From an uncultured Gammaproteobacteria bacterium (GTDB taxonomy: Bacteria; Patescibacteriota; Patescibacteriia; 2-12-FULL-60-25), in assembly GCA_964561355.1 (NCBI GenBank), contig CAZLPD010000001.1, positions 28,780 to 87,407 on the forward strand: DNA of 58,628 nucleotides, given 5' to 3'. Made by a program: the position numbers and the translations under genes. This document shows positions 38,002 to 46,182 of the stretch, one piece after another. The notes below the pieces were generated by a model. That model saw only the letters and a list, made by a program, of their open reading frames with translations, did not search any database and had not been told where the DNA came from. Each line of letters starts with the position of its first letter. The first letter of the stretch is position 1.

Positions 38002-38157
38002 TTATTTGCTCTCTTTGTGAGCCGTGCGCGTCTTGCAGGTCTTACAAAACTTTTTCAGCTCTAAACGGGCCTTAATGGTCTTTTTGTTCTTACGCGAGTG
38101 GTAGTTCGTCTTTCCACATTGCGTGCACTGGAATTTGATCAGGTTATCCTGGGACAT
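38002..38157 (-). CDS. rpmG: 50S ribosomal protein L33
   Basis: Not in the ORF track (51 aa). My translation is MSQDNLIKFQCTQCGKTNYHSRKNKKTIKARLELKKFCKTCKTRTAHKESK. It has the CxxC...CxxC zinc ribbon and the RLELKKFC..H.E.K signature of L33. It lies downstream of tRNA-Thr, as in many bacteria. Confidence 0.9.
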   Translation of the reverse strand: MSQDNLIKFQCTQCGKTNYHSRKNKKTIKARLELKKFCKTCKTRTAHKESK

Positions 38158-38243
38158 ATCAATTCAATAGATCTACGTGTGAGCGTTTGAGATCAAGGAC
38201 AAAAGGTGGAAATTCCGCCTATTCTCTTTGACCTAAAAACTCA

Positions 38244-38319
38244 TGGAGCCGGCGGACGGATTTGAACCGACGACCTACGGTTTACAAAACCGTTGCTCTA
38301 CCAACTGAGCTACGCCGGC
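38244..38319 (-). tRNA. tRNA-Thr(TGT)
   Basis: The reverse complement is GCCGGCG-TA-GCTCAGTTGGTAGAGC-A-ACGGT-TTTGTAA-ACCGT-AGGTC-GTCGG-TTCAAAT-CCGTC-CGCCGGC-T-CCA. There is one U-U mismatch in the T stem. Confidence 0.88.
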
Positions 38320-38504
38320 GCGTGCTCCGCCGCTTATGTACGACAAGTGCGAAAAGAATAGCCGAAGCTTAGGTATCCGTCAATGGAGGGGCTTATCCTC
38401 ACCTCGGGCCGCGAGGATTCGTGGCACGGGGTGGGGACGAAGTGGAGCCGTGGCGGGCACGGGCGCTTCGTAAGGGAGGGAAGGAGCGGAGGGGGCGGGA
38501 TGCC

Positions 38505-39764
38505 CTAGAACCAGGCGGTCAGACCCAGGGTCGCGGTCCAGCGCCAGGGCATGTGGACGGTCTCGGTCGCGGTCTGCGACTTGACCCACAGGGCGCCGTC
38601 GCTGTAGTCGCCACGACCCTCGAGGTAGACGGCCGCGTGACCAGCGATTTCGAGCCGCGTCGTCAGCGTCCCCGAGGACATGAACGCTCCAGGCTGACCG
38701 GGCGTCGTAGGCCAGAAGATGGAGCTTCCGCCTTCGGGGGTGCGCTCGTAGAACGTATCCCAGCGACCAGCGAAGGTGAGCCCCGGGAGACTCATCGGCC
38801 AGGGACGCACGCGCACGTAGGCAGCGCCCGCGGCCCACCAGGCGGTGCCGAGGTTGTTCGGCTCGACCCCCACGTTGCCGTGGAGCTGAACCGACAGCCA
38901 GTTGTTGGCGTACCACGTCATGAATGTGTCGGCCATGGTGCGCCAGGCTCGACCCTCGGGTGCGGAAGGAGGTCGCTCGACGCCGGTCATCACCTGGCCG
39001 GTCCAGGTGATGCGGTCGGTCACTTCGTAGACCGCACGCAAGTGGAATGACTTCTCGTCGTTCGTGTCGACGATCGAGTTCCAGCCGTTGAACACCATCG
39101 CCGAGACCCGCCAGCGAGGCGTGAGGCCGCGCGTGAGCTGGATGCCAGCGTGGTAGAACGGGAGACCGAAGAACAGGTTCGACCTGCTCCAGTTCCAGTT
39201 CGTGCTGGCCTGCATCCCCTCTGGCCCGATCGGCGAGAGAAATACCCCGCCTTCGAGGAGCCAGTAGCGGCCCTCGTCGACGTTCGTGTCGCGACGCCAG
39301 CTCACGATGAGCTGCTGGATGAAGCGCCAGTCGCCGGCCTCGGAGCCGTAGTACGTGGGCGCGGTGACACCAGCGACCTGCGTTGTGACATCGAGACCAA
39401 CCTGACCCCAGCCGCGCGCGCGATCACCGCAGCGGAACTGCGCGGAAAGCGCGACGTTCGAGACGGTGAACGTGTCTACACGGTTGTCGAAGCCGCGCAG
39501 TGACACGGTGCCGTCGGCCGTGTGCTCGTTGGTGATCGCGCCGAAGAGCTCGGCGTAGCCACCGAGAACGGGCGTCTGGCAGGCCGGAGGAGTGTCAGCC
39601 TCGACCGCCGCGTCGGCGGGAGCGACGCTACCGTCTCCTCCATCGCCTCCGGCCACGACGAGCGCCGACGTGCCGACGTCCTGCGCCCGCGCCGCGAGCG
39701 GCGAGAGGAGGAAGCAGGCGGCGACCACGAACGAAGAGACGAGAAGGCGAGCGTTTCGAATCAT
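38505..39764 (-). CDS. outer-membrane-type beta-barrel porin (OmpL-like 'bbp2'/DUF1597-like), very GC-rich
   Basis: The start is trimmed to the ATG at 39764, with SD GAGGAA 5 nt upstream. The Sec signal is MIRNARLLVSSFVVAACFLLSPLAARA/QD. The block GGYAELFG..LRGFDNRVDTFTVSNVALS resembles bbp2 porins. Amphipathic strand periodicity, W/Y/G richness and the terminal ...LGLTAWF aromatic residue are all present. Almost all codons end in G or C. Confidence 0.75.
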   Translation of the reverse strand: MIRNARLLVSSFVVAACFLLSPLAARAQDVGTSALVVAGGDGGDGSVAPADAAVEADTPPACQTPVLGGYAELFGAITNEHTADGTVSLRGFDNRVDTFTVSNVALSAQFRCGDRARGWGQVGLDVTTQVAGVTAPTYYGSEAGDWRFIQQLIVSWRRDTNVDEGRYWLLEGGVFLSPIGPEGMQASTNWNWSRSNLFFGLPFYHAGIQLTRGLTPRWRVSAMVFNGWNSIVDTNDEKSFHLRAVYEVTDRITWTGQVMTGVERPPSAPEGRAWRTMADTFMTWYANNWLSVQLHGNVGVEPNNLGTAWWAAGAAYVRVRPWPMSLPGLTFAGRWDTFYERTPEGGSSIFWPTTPGQPGAFMSSGTLTTRLEIAGHAAVYLEGRGDYSDGALWVKSQTATETVHMPWRWTATLGLTAWF

Positions 39765-39968
39765 CGATTCCTCACTGACAAGGCAACATTGCCGCAAGCG
39801 TTTCCGAGCGAATCTCGGTGCAGCTTGTCTCCGTTTTCTGGGCGGAGTCCTCTGTATTACTCTTTTTATCGCTTTTTTTCAAGCATCTCCCTCTTAGGAT
39901 TTTTTTGGCTTATTCGAGAGAAAATACTGTCTCATTTTTCCTTTTCATGTTGTTTATTCTGACAATAG

Positions 39969-39996
39969 AAAAAGACCTCGACATGAGGTCTTTTTC
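39969..39996. terminator. intrinsic terminator downstream of tRNA-Leu
   Basis: aaaaAGACCTCgacatGAGGTCTttttt. Confidence 0.75.
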
Positions 39997-39997
39997 T

Positions 39998-40082
39998 TGG
40001 TGCCCAGGAAGGGACTCGAACCCTTATACCTTTCGGTGCCTGATCTTAAGTCAGGTGCGTCTACCAATTCCGCCACCCGGGC
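39998..40082 (-). tRNA. tRNA-Leu(TAA)
   Basis: The reverse complement is GCCCGGG-TG-GCGGAATTGGTAGACGC-A-CCTGA-CTTAAGA-TCAGG-long variable arm-AGGGTTCGAGTCCCT-CCTGGGC-A-CCA. Confidence 0.9.
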
Positions 40083-40128
40083 TTGGGGGCGTCGTCTTTT
40101 TATCATGATCAAACGCCCGAGACAATCC

Positions 40129-40821
40129 TTAAGACTTGGCTAGCACACTAAATAAATCCTTTTCTGGATCGATGGTCAGCTCTTCCGCGACCGGTTCTGA
40201 CACGAACTCTGCTGGCGCATCCTGGATCATAGCTAGTGGCTGGCACTCATTCCCCTCGCCCATCGTGAGCGCACCAGCCGTAGCTAATGCGTCGGCCACA
40301 TTGACTACCGTGTACTCCATTGGTCGACCGGCGAGGTCTTGCTTGCCACGATAATCTTTCAGCGCGTGGAAGCCTGCGTATCCAAGCGCGACCGCTGTCA
40401 CGCCATGACGTGCTGGAAAGATACGGCTATCCGTGATGATCACCCCGATATTTTTTACTTGATACGTTTTACGCATCCACTCACATACCTCTTGTGCGAC
40501 ATCCATCGATCGTTCAGGCCACAAAACATATTGCCCGAATGCGTTGGAGGCATCGATGCCAGCGTTTGGACACCAGTGTCCTTCTTTGTAGGTAAGCGCG
40601 AGACCTGGAACGATCGGAAGCGTACGCTCCGCCTCGCTTCGAATGAGCTCGTCTTTATTCGTGCCATCCGCGGGACACACTCTTCCTTGTGAGAGGGCGA
40701 TGATCTTTGACGCGATACAAATAACTGCTCCTTCCGAGACGGATGGAATCCAGCGCTTCAAAAAGTCGTGAAGATCTTCGTTAACAGCGAACACGGAAGT
40801 TTTTATGGAGTGGACGATCAT
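40129..40821 (-). CDS. CofE-like (F420-0:gamma-glutamyl ligase family) protein
   Basis: It aligns by eye with archaeal CofE: ICIASKIIALSQGRV, NAGIDASN, IGVIITDSRIFPARHGVTAVALGYAGF, DYRGKQDLAGRPMEYTVVNVADALATAGALTMGEG..QPLAMI. Confidence 0.8.
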   Translation of the reverse strand: MIVHSIKTSVFAVNEDLHDFLKRWIPSVSEGAVICIASKIIALSQGRVCPADGTNKDELIRSEAERTLPIVPGLALTYKEGHWCPNAGIDASNAFGQYVLWPERSMDVAQEVCEWMRKTYQVKNIGVIITDSRIFPARHGVTAVALGYAGFHALKDYRGKQDLAGRPMEYTVVNVADALATAGALTMGEGNECQPLAMIQDAPAEFVSEPVAEELTIDPEKDLFSVLAKS

Positions 40822-41531
40822 ACATCTGTGAATCTATAACGAAGAAAAATCTCGTCTGCAACCGGCGTGCACGAGATGAGTCGCCCCCGCTGCACAAGGT
40901 TCGGCGCAAATACTCCGTCATCGAGGAGCGTTTTCGTGATATGTGATGCACCTCCCACGAGCTTAGGCGCTATCGTAACAAACAACTCATCTAAACGTCC
41001 TTCCTCCACAAAAGATTGCATCAACATTGGCCCACCTTCTAGCAGAATCTGTCTATGCCCCTGCTCTTGTGACCATGCGAGAAAACGCTTCACGGTTTCT
41101 GCGCGTTTTTTGCCACATGGGACGAGCGTCGTCACCCCTCGCAGTGGCGTTGGTAGCGTTTTGTGCTGAGAGGCTAGATATGTTGGGATACTTGTGGACG
41201 AAAGGAACGGCACGAGCGAGGATGCACGATGCGATGAAAATACTACATACGGGAGCGCCGGATCTTTTTTTGCTTTTCTCCGCTGTGCTTGAAAATCCGG
41301 ATGCTCTAAGCGACTCAGCGCGCGGTATACCATCGCGGTTTTTCTTCCATGCACCAAGAGGTCCGCTTGCGCCCGCAGCATCATCATGGTCGCAAAATCC
41401 GTCTGACTCCCCAGTGGCCAATACCCATCATTGAGTGCACCAACGGCCACCTTTCCATCCAACGTCATCACCGCGTTGGCGTATACCCACGGACGATTTT
41501 GCGGGCGAGGAAACACCAGGTGCTCGTACAT
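40818..41531 (-). CDS. RibD C-terminal-domain-type pyrimidine reductase (DHFR-like fold)
   Basis: PWVYANAVMTLDGKVA, ADLLVHGRKT and ILLEGGPMLMQSFVEEGRLDELFVTIAPKLVGG are present. I trimmed the start to Met38 so that it no longer overlaps the RimK-family gene. Its stop overlaps the CofE-like start (ATGA at 40818-40821). Confidence 0.8.
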   Translation of the reverse strand: MYEHLVFPRPQNRPWVYANAVMTLDGKVAVGALNDGYWPLGSQTDFATMMMLRAQADLLVHGRKTAMVYRALSRLEHPDFQAQRRKAKKDPALPYVVFSSHRASSLVPFLSSTSIPTYLASQHKTLPTPLRGVTTLVPCGKKRAETVKRFLAWSQEQGHRQILLEGGPMLMQSFVEEGRLDELFVTIAPKLVGGASHITKTLLDDGVFAPNLVQRGRLISCTPVADEIFLRYRFTDV

Positions 41532-41544
41532 ACTATTTTCTCTT

Positions 41545-42471
41545 CTACGCGCGCGTTGATCGCTCCGCACAATAGTCCACGATGGCACGCGCAACATCCA
41601 CACCGGTGCACGCCTCAAGCTCTTGGAATCCTGGGTTTGCATTTACTTCGAGTACTAACGTGCCGCGTTCAGAGAAGATCAAATCAACCCCTGCGATCTC
41701 TAGGTCGAATAATTTTGCCACGCGAAGTGCAAGCGCCTCATCTTCGGCGGAAAGCTTGATCGCTGTGCCCGTTCCTCCGATGGATGCGTTGGCACGAATG
41801 TCTTTGCTGCGCGCTTGTCTTTGCATAGAAGCGATCACCCGATCCCCCACCACAAAGGCGCGCACGTCCTTGTTATGCGCAGCGGCGATGAATTCTTCCA
41901 AGATCACTGGATTGCCATCGCGGACATCTAAATAATCTAATATTGGTTGGAACGTTTCCCAGTTCCCTGCGTAGAAGACTCCTTTTCCGTGTGTGCCGAA
42001 TGAGACTTTTACAATGATTGGAAATCCGAGCGTCTCCACTCCCCTTTTGGCTGCTTCCGGATCCTTCGCGAAGGCAAAGCGAGGCATGGGAATCCCTGCG
42101 TCTGCGAGACGCATGTGTTGGATCATCTTGTTTTTAATTTCCACGATCTTTGGTGTTCCATTCACGATCCGCTGCCCCATCTTCTGCAGAAGCTCTGGGA
42201 CATACGAGTGAAGCGTTGGCTCTTGCACGAAGCCAGGACGATACACAATGACATCTGCACCGGTAAATGGTTCGCCGTCGTACCATGTCACTGACTGGCC
42301 ATGTTCGTAACTAAAACAAAAGCGCGGCGTGTACCATTGCGATACCTCATGACCCGCCTCTTGCGCCGCCTGGAAGATGCGCTCCGCCCCATTGGCGCGA
42401 TCAGAATTCTGGATGCCGGTTGGCATGTTTTCTGCGCGTGGGTTGTTACAACTCAATATACCGAGATGCAT
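41545..42471 (-). CDS. RimK-family ATP-grasp alpha-L-glutamate ligase
   Basis: It aligns by eye with E. coli RimK: PIIVKVSFGTHGKGV, DVRAFVVGDRVIASMQRQARSKDIRANASIGG, IAGVDLIFSERGTLVLEVNANPGFQELEACTGVDVA. Confidence 0.85.
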   Translation of the reverse strand: MHLGILSCNNPRAENMPTGIQNSDRANGAERIFQAAQEAGHEVSQWYTPRFCFSYEHGQSVTWYDGEPFTGADVIVYRPGFVQEPTLHSYVPELLQKMGQRIVNGTPKIVEIKNKMIQHMRLADAGIPMPRFAFAKDPEAAKRGVETLGFPIIVKVSFGTHGKGVFYAGNWETFQPILDYLDVRDGNPVILEEFIAAAHNKDVRAFVVGDRVIASMQRQARSKDIRANASIGGTGTAIKLSAEDEALALRVAKLFDLEIAGVDLIFSERGTLVLEVNANPGFQELEACTGVDVARAIVDYCAERSTRA

Positions 42472-42477
42472 ATTATA

Positions 42478-44154
42478 TTATTTATGTGCTTGATGTCGCT
42501 TCTTTAATCCTTTCCTCATGTATGTTCCCGCCCGTCTAAATCCTCGCTTCCGATAGTACTCACGCACCCCAACTCCGCTAATAACCACGAGGCCCGTATA
42601 GCCCTGTTCGCGCGCGATCTTCTCCGCTTCCGCCATGAGCACCTTGCCCCACCCACGATGCTGGACGGCGCCCACACGACTATCCGCAAGGGTAAGCGCT
42701 TGGCCGTAGGTATGCAATTCGCGCACAAAGGCAGCGTTCTCAAGCTCAGGAAACGCTTGCTCTACTTCCTCGAACATCTTTTTTGTTTTTGGATTTGTGA
42801 GCACGGGCTCGCGATCCGGGAGACGTAATCGCAAAAAACTCACAACCGTCGTACGCGCTTCGTCTTCCACGCTTAAAAAATATTCTGTTCCAAGGGCGTT
42901 GCGGTAGACGTCCGCGAAGACGTTTAGCTTCGCGTCCGCCGCGAGAGGTGGACGGTGGCCCGCTTCACGACAACGCAAACACTGGCACTGAATGCCGCGC
43001 TCTTTCATGCGAATCTCTATGACGTCACGAAGATTGGTGACTTTATTCCCCGCTGAGATTTCGAAAGATGGAAAATCACGAATGAGGCGCGAGACACGGC
43101 AGTAGCGCGGAATCACGGATTGCATACGCACCATCATCTCGATCAACTCCTCGCCTTCGAGTGGCTTGTATAACCCTTTCGCGTGCCATTCTGCGAGCTC
43201 AGCCGTTGGAAGCACGACGCATGGATAAAGCTTGATCATGTCAGGACAAAAACGCTCATCCGAAAATAATTGATCAAACATCTCAATGTCGCGTGCGACG
43301 GTTGAGCCTGGCTGGCCTGGCAAGATGTGATAGTCGGTTTTAAAGGCGGCGGCCTTGAGAAGCAACGTCGCTTGAACTGTATGCTCGACCGTGTGTCCAC
43401 GCTTCGTGAATTCAAGAATCTTATCGTCGAGCGCTTGTACGCCGAGCTCCACACGCGTCACGCCAAGCTCACGCAAACGTACAATTTCTTTTGGCGTGAT
43501 CCAGTCTGGACGCGTCTCAATCGTAATACCAATCATGCGGTACTCCGCTGACTCATTAGCTTTTTGTGATGAGGCGAGGGAGCCGTAACGCGTCTTACGC
43601 TTGGAAACGCTGAGGTGATTAGCCGCGTCGAAGCAGCGTTTGATAAACCACTTTCGATACGTCCATGGATACGCAGACCAGGTTCCGCCTTTGACGATGA
43701 GCTCAATCTTTTTAGCGTCGTGACCATTGCGTTCCAATGCTTGGACGCGCTGAACGACTTGCACGTAGGGATCGAACTTGAGCTGAAGTGCGCGCGCGGC
43801 TGCTGGCTCGCTCGCTACGTAGCTTTTTGGCATGCGTGCTTCTGTCGGGCAGTAAACGCACTTTCCTGGACAGGCGTACGGCTTCGTCAGCAGCGTGATT
43901 GGGGCCACGCCAGAATCGGTACGCACCGTCTTGCAACGCAGCAACCGCTCCACCGTGATGTTGCGTGGATGTGTCTTGGTGAGCTTGCGGTACGCCTTTA
44001 CCATCGTGGCAATTGTCGGAAACTGAAAGTCCGTTTTTCGGAGATGTGTGCGGATAGCCGTCTCTATCACCTTTTGGGAAGGCTCCTTGGAGGCAAGGAC
44101 GTCGAGGATGATAGCCTCTACGACGCGCGCTGGTGGACGTTGCTGATGCGACAT
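42478..44154 (-). CDS. elp3: Elp3-type radical-SAM/GNAT tRNA U34 carboxymethylation enzyme
   Basis: The radical-SAM cluster motif is CPGKCVYCP. KIELIVKGGTWSAY is present, and the C-terminal GNAT is VQHRGWGKVLMAEAEKIAREQGY. The length of 558 aa and the architecture are typical of archaeal/bacterial Elp3. Confidence 0.85.
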   Translation of the reverse strand: MSHQQRPPARVVEAIILDVLASKEPSQKVIETAIRTHLRKTDFQFPTIATMVKAYRKLTKTHPRNITVERLLRCKTVRTDSGVAPITLLTKPYACPGKCVYCPTEARMPKSYVASEPAAARALQLKFDPYVQVVQRVQALERNGHDAKKIELIVKGGTWSAYPWTYRKWFIKRCFDAANHLSVSKRKTRYGSLASSQKANESAEYRMIGITIETRPDWITPKEIVRLRELGVTRVELGVQALDDKILEFTKRGHTVEHTVQATLLLKAAAFKTDYHILPGQPGSTVARDIEMFDQLFSDERFCPDMIKLYPCVVLPTAELAEWHAKGLYKPLEGEELIEMMVRMQSVIPRYCRVSRLIRDFPSFEISAGNKVTNLRDVIEIRMKERGIQCQCLRCREAGHRPPLAADAKLNVFADVYRNALGTEYFLSVEDEARTTVVSFLRLRLPDREPVLTNPKTKKMFEEVEQAFPELENAAFVRELHTYGQALTLADSRVGAVQHRGWGKVLMAEAEKIAREQGYTGLVVISGVGVREYYRKRGFRRAGTYMRKGLKKRHQAHK

Positions 44155-44177
44155 GTTGGAATGCAGGGAAGCCTACC

Positions 44178-44852
44178 ATGAATACCGATCTTGCCAAGCA
44201 ACTGAGCGAGCAGGTGCGAGCCTTTTACGAGGAGCACGGCGCTTGGTTTGCCACTACGCGGAACAAGCTTATGCCTGAACAAGGCTTTGTTTCGGCTTAT
44301 ATTAGGCCGGGAATGACCATCGCCGATGTGGGTGCCGGGAACGGAAGATTGGCCAAGATTCTTCCGGAAGGCGTGACTTATATCGGTGTCGAGCCTTCGG
44401 AGACGCTTCGCGCAGGGTCGGGTTTTACGGAACGCATGCTAGCCGGACAATTACCGCACCTGCCCCTTCCTGATCACACCGCTGATGTCACGGCCTGTCT
44501 TGCGGTTCTTCATCATATTGCTACGCGAGAGGGACGACGTGCCTCCGTGGAGGAGCTCGTGCGCATCACGAAGCCGGACGGCATCATCCTGGCCACGTCT
44601 TGGTTACAAAATCCTCACGGTGATGAGACTGCGACCATCGAGGGAGGTGAGCCCGGGGATCGTTGGATGCCTTGGGATGGACCAGATGGTCAGGCGCTTC
44701 GCTATGTTCATTTCATGCAACCAGACGAGTGGGCCGAGCTCTGGATGCATCCGGCGCTTGAGATTATTCAGATTGGTATGCACGGCAAGCGCGATTGGAC
44801 GAACGATCCAGGCGAGGCTCTGAATTGGCGCGTGATCGCTCGACGTCGTTGA
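44178..44852 (+). CDS. Trm9-like class I SAM-dependent methyltransferase
   Basis: Blocks match my recollection of yeast Trm9 / the ALKBH8 MT domain: [11 protein letters not shown] (HFSQTRYKPWP), [11 protein letters not shown] (IDVGCGNGKY), [35 protein letters not shown] (AVVHHWSTRERR...GGQALIYCWA), MPW (VPW), [14 protein letters not shown] (YRYYHLYREGELAE). The start is trimmed to the ATG at 44178, 23 nt from the divergent elp3 start. Confidence 0.7.
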   Translation: MNTDLAKQLSEQVRAFYEEHGAWFATTRNKLMPEQGFVSAYIRPGMTIADVGAGNGRLAKILPEGVTYIGVEPSETLRAGSGFTERMLAGQLPHLPLPDHTADVTACLAVLHHIATREGRRASVEELVRITKPDGIILATSWLQNPHGDETATIEGGEPGDRWMPWDGPDGQALRYVHFMQPDEWAELWMHPALEIIQIGMHGKRDWTNDPGEALNWRVIARRR

Positions 44853-44887
44853 CGAACAAAATACGAACAGGTCTACTAGTGCTACGT

Positions 44888-45931
44888 ATGGATGATTTTT
44901 TTGCGGACATTCAAGCTGATGAGCCACGGCTTGTGGCGGCTGAATCGCAGGATGTTGATCGCGGTTTTGATGTAGCGCTCCGTCCAAAAAAACTGGATGA
45001 GTTTCTTGGTCAACAAAAAGTGAAAGATAATTTGCGGATTTTTCTTGAAGCAGCTAAAGGAAGAAATGAGCCCTGCGAACACATTCTTTTGTACGGCCCA
45101 CCTGGGCTTGGAAAAACCTCACTTGCGCATGTCGTAAGCGCCGAGATGGGGGCGAATATCAAAGTGACGAGCGGTCCAGCCCTTGAACGTGTGGGTGATT
45201 TGGCGGCGATCCTCACCAATCTTGGCGATGGCGATATTCTTTTCATCGACGAAATCCATCGCATGAATCGCTCCATCGAGGAGGTGCTGTATCCTGCCAT
45301 GGAAGATTACGCGCTTGATATCGTGATCGGAAAAGGTCCAACCGCACGCACGCTACGACTTGATTTGAAACGCTTTACGCTGATCGGTGCCACGACGCGA
45401 CTTTCTCTGCTCTCCTCCCCTCTTCGTGATCGCTTTGGCGTGACGTATCATCTCGACTTTTATACACCAGAAGAGATGGCACAGATCCTTGATCGTAGCG
45501 CTCGCCTCCTCGCCCTTGAAGTTCCTCGCCCGGCGCTTGATGTGATCTCGACACGAGCACGACGCACACCTCGCATTGGTAATCGTCTTTTGAAGCGCGT
45601 GCGTGATTATGCCCAGGTCATGAACAACGGCGCTTTGACCGTTGATCTGGTTGAAATTGCTCTCAAAGCCCTTGATATCGATACGCGAGGCCTCGACAAG
45701 GCGGATCGACGAACACTGCAAACGTTGGTTGAAAAGTTTCATGGTGGACCCGTTGGCCTTACCACTCTTGCCGCCGCTACCGCTGAAGACGTTGAGACAC
45801 TCGAGGACGTGATTGAGCCATTCCTGTTACAAGAAGGGTTGCTCGCGCGTACACCGCGTGGTCGCGTAGCAACCGAAGAGGCGTATGCTCACCTTGGCTT
45901 TCAAGCGCCCGAGCGAGGGAGTACACTGTAG
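44888..45931 (+). CDS. ruvB: Holliday junction branch-migration helicase RuvB
   Basis: [39 protein letters not shown] and the C-terminal winged helix are present. I trimmed the start to Met32 (MDDFFADIQ), which gives 347 aa. Confidence 0.92.
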   Translation: MDDFFADIQADEPRLVAAESQDVDRGFDVALRPKKLDEFLGQQKVKDNLRIFLEAAKGRNEPCEHILLYGPPGLGKTSLAHVVSAEMGANIKVTSGPALERVGDLAAILTNLGDGDILFIDEIHRMNRSIEEVLYPAMEDYALDIVIGKGPTARTLRLDLKRFTLIGATTRLSLLSSPLRDRFGVTYHLDFYTPEEMAQILDRSARLLALEVPRPALDVISTRARRTPRIGNRLLKRVRDYAQVMNNGALTVDLVEIALKALDIDTRGLDKADRRTLQTLVEKFHGGPVGLTTLAAATAEDVETLEDVIEPFLLQEGLLARTPRGRVATEEAYAHLGFQAPERGSTL

Positions 45932-45933
45932 CT

Positions 45934-46182
45934 ATGATTCCCTTTACTTGGCTCTTGCTTGGCTGGCTCGTCATGCTTGGTTTTTTTGCGCTCCTCGCGC
46001 TCATCACCCTTTTTACGCATGTGCGCTACGGAGTGGCTAACGTAACAACCTACCTCAGTACACTCCTCTTTCTCGGTGTGGCGACGATCGCGCTCTTTCT
46101 TACAGGCACGTATTTCGTGCAGGTTGATTGGTCGCAGAGCCTGGATCTTGGCCCCACGATGAGTAGCCTCTTTAACGTATGA
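45934..46182 (+). CDS. small hypothetical membrane protein
   Basis: 82 aa with 2-3 hydrophobic helices. It starts 2 nt after the ruvB stop and overlaps the next gene by ATGA. Confidence 0.55.
   Translation: MIPFTWLLLGWLVMLGFFALLALITLFTHVRYGVANVTTYLSTLLFLGVATIALFLTGTYFVQVDWSQSLDLGPTMSSLFNV

Noticed and set aside
38380-39962. Long ORFs antisense to or overlapping the porin gene (38380..38916 -, 38421..39050 +, 39150..39503 +, 39522..39962 +, 39592..39897 +)
   Set aside because: They are typical shadow ORFs of a very GC-rich gene. Their products are Arg/Gly/Pro-rich nonsense. They have no SD or signal features and lack the third-position G/C bias seen in the porin frame.
38320-39997. Porin island as a classical tRNA-targeted integrative element
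   Set aside because: I saw no integrase or recombinase and no direct repeat of either tRNA 3' end. It carries only one gene. I kept it as a compositional island of unknown insertion mechanism.
41532-41642. N-terminal extension of the RibD_C reductase ORF overlapping the RimK-family gene by about 100 nt
   Set aside because: The internal Met at 41531 precedes the conserved PWVYANAVMTLDGK start of the domain and removes the overlap.
44795-44887. N-terminal extension of ruvB overlapping the end of the methyltransferase gene
   Set aside because: RuvB homology starts after Met32. The extension is out of character and overlaps the upstream CDS.
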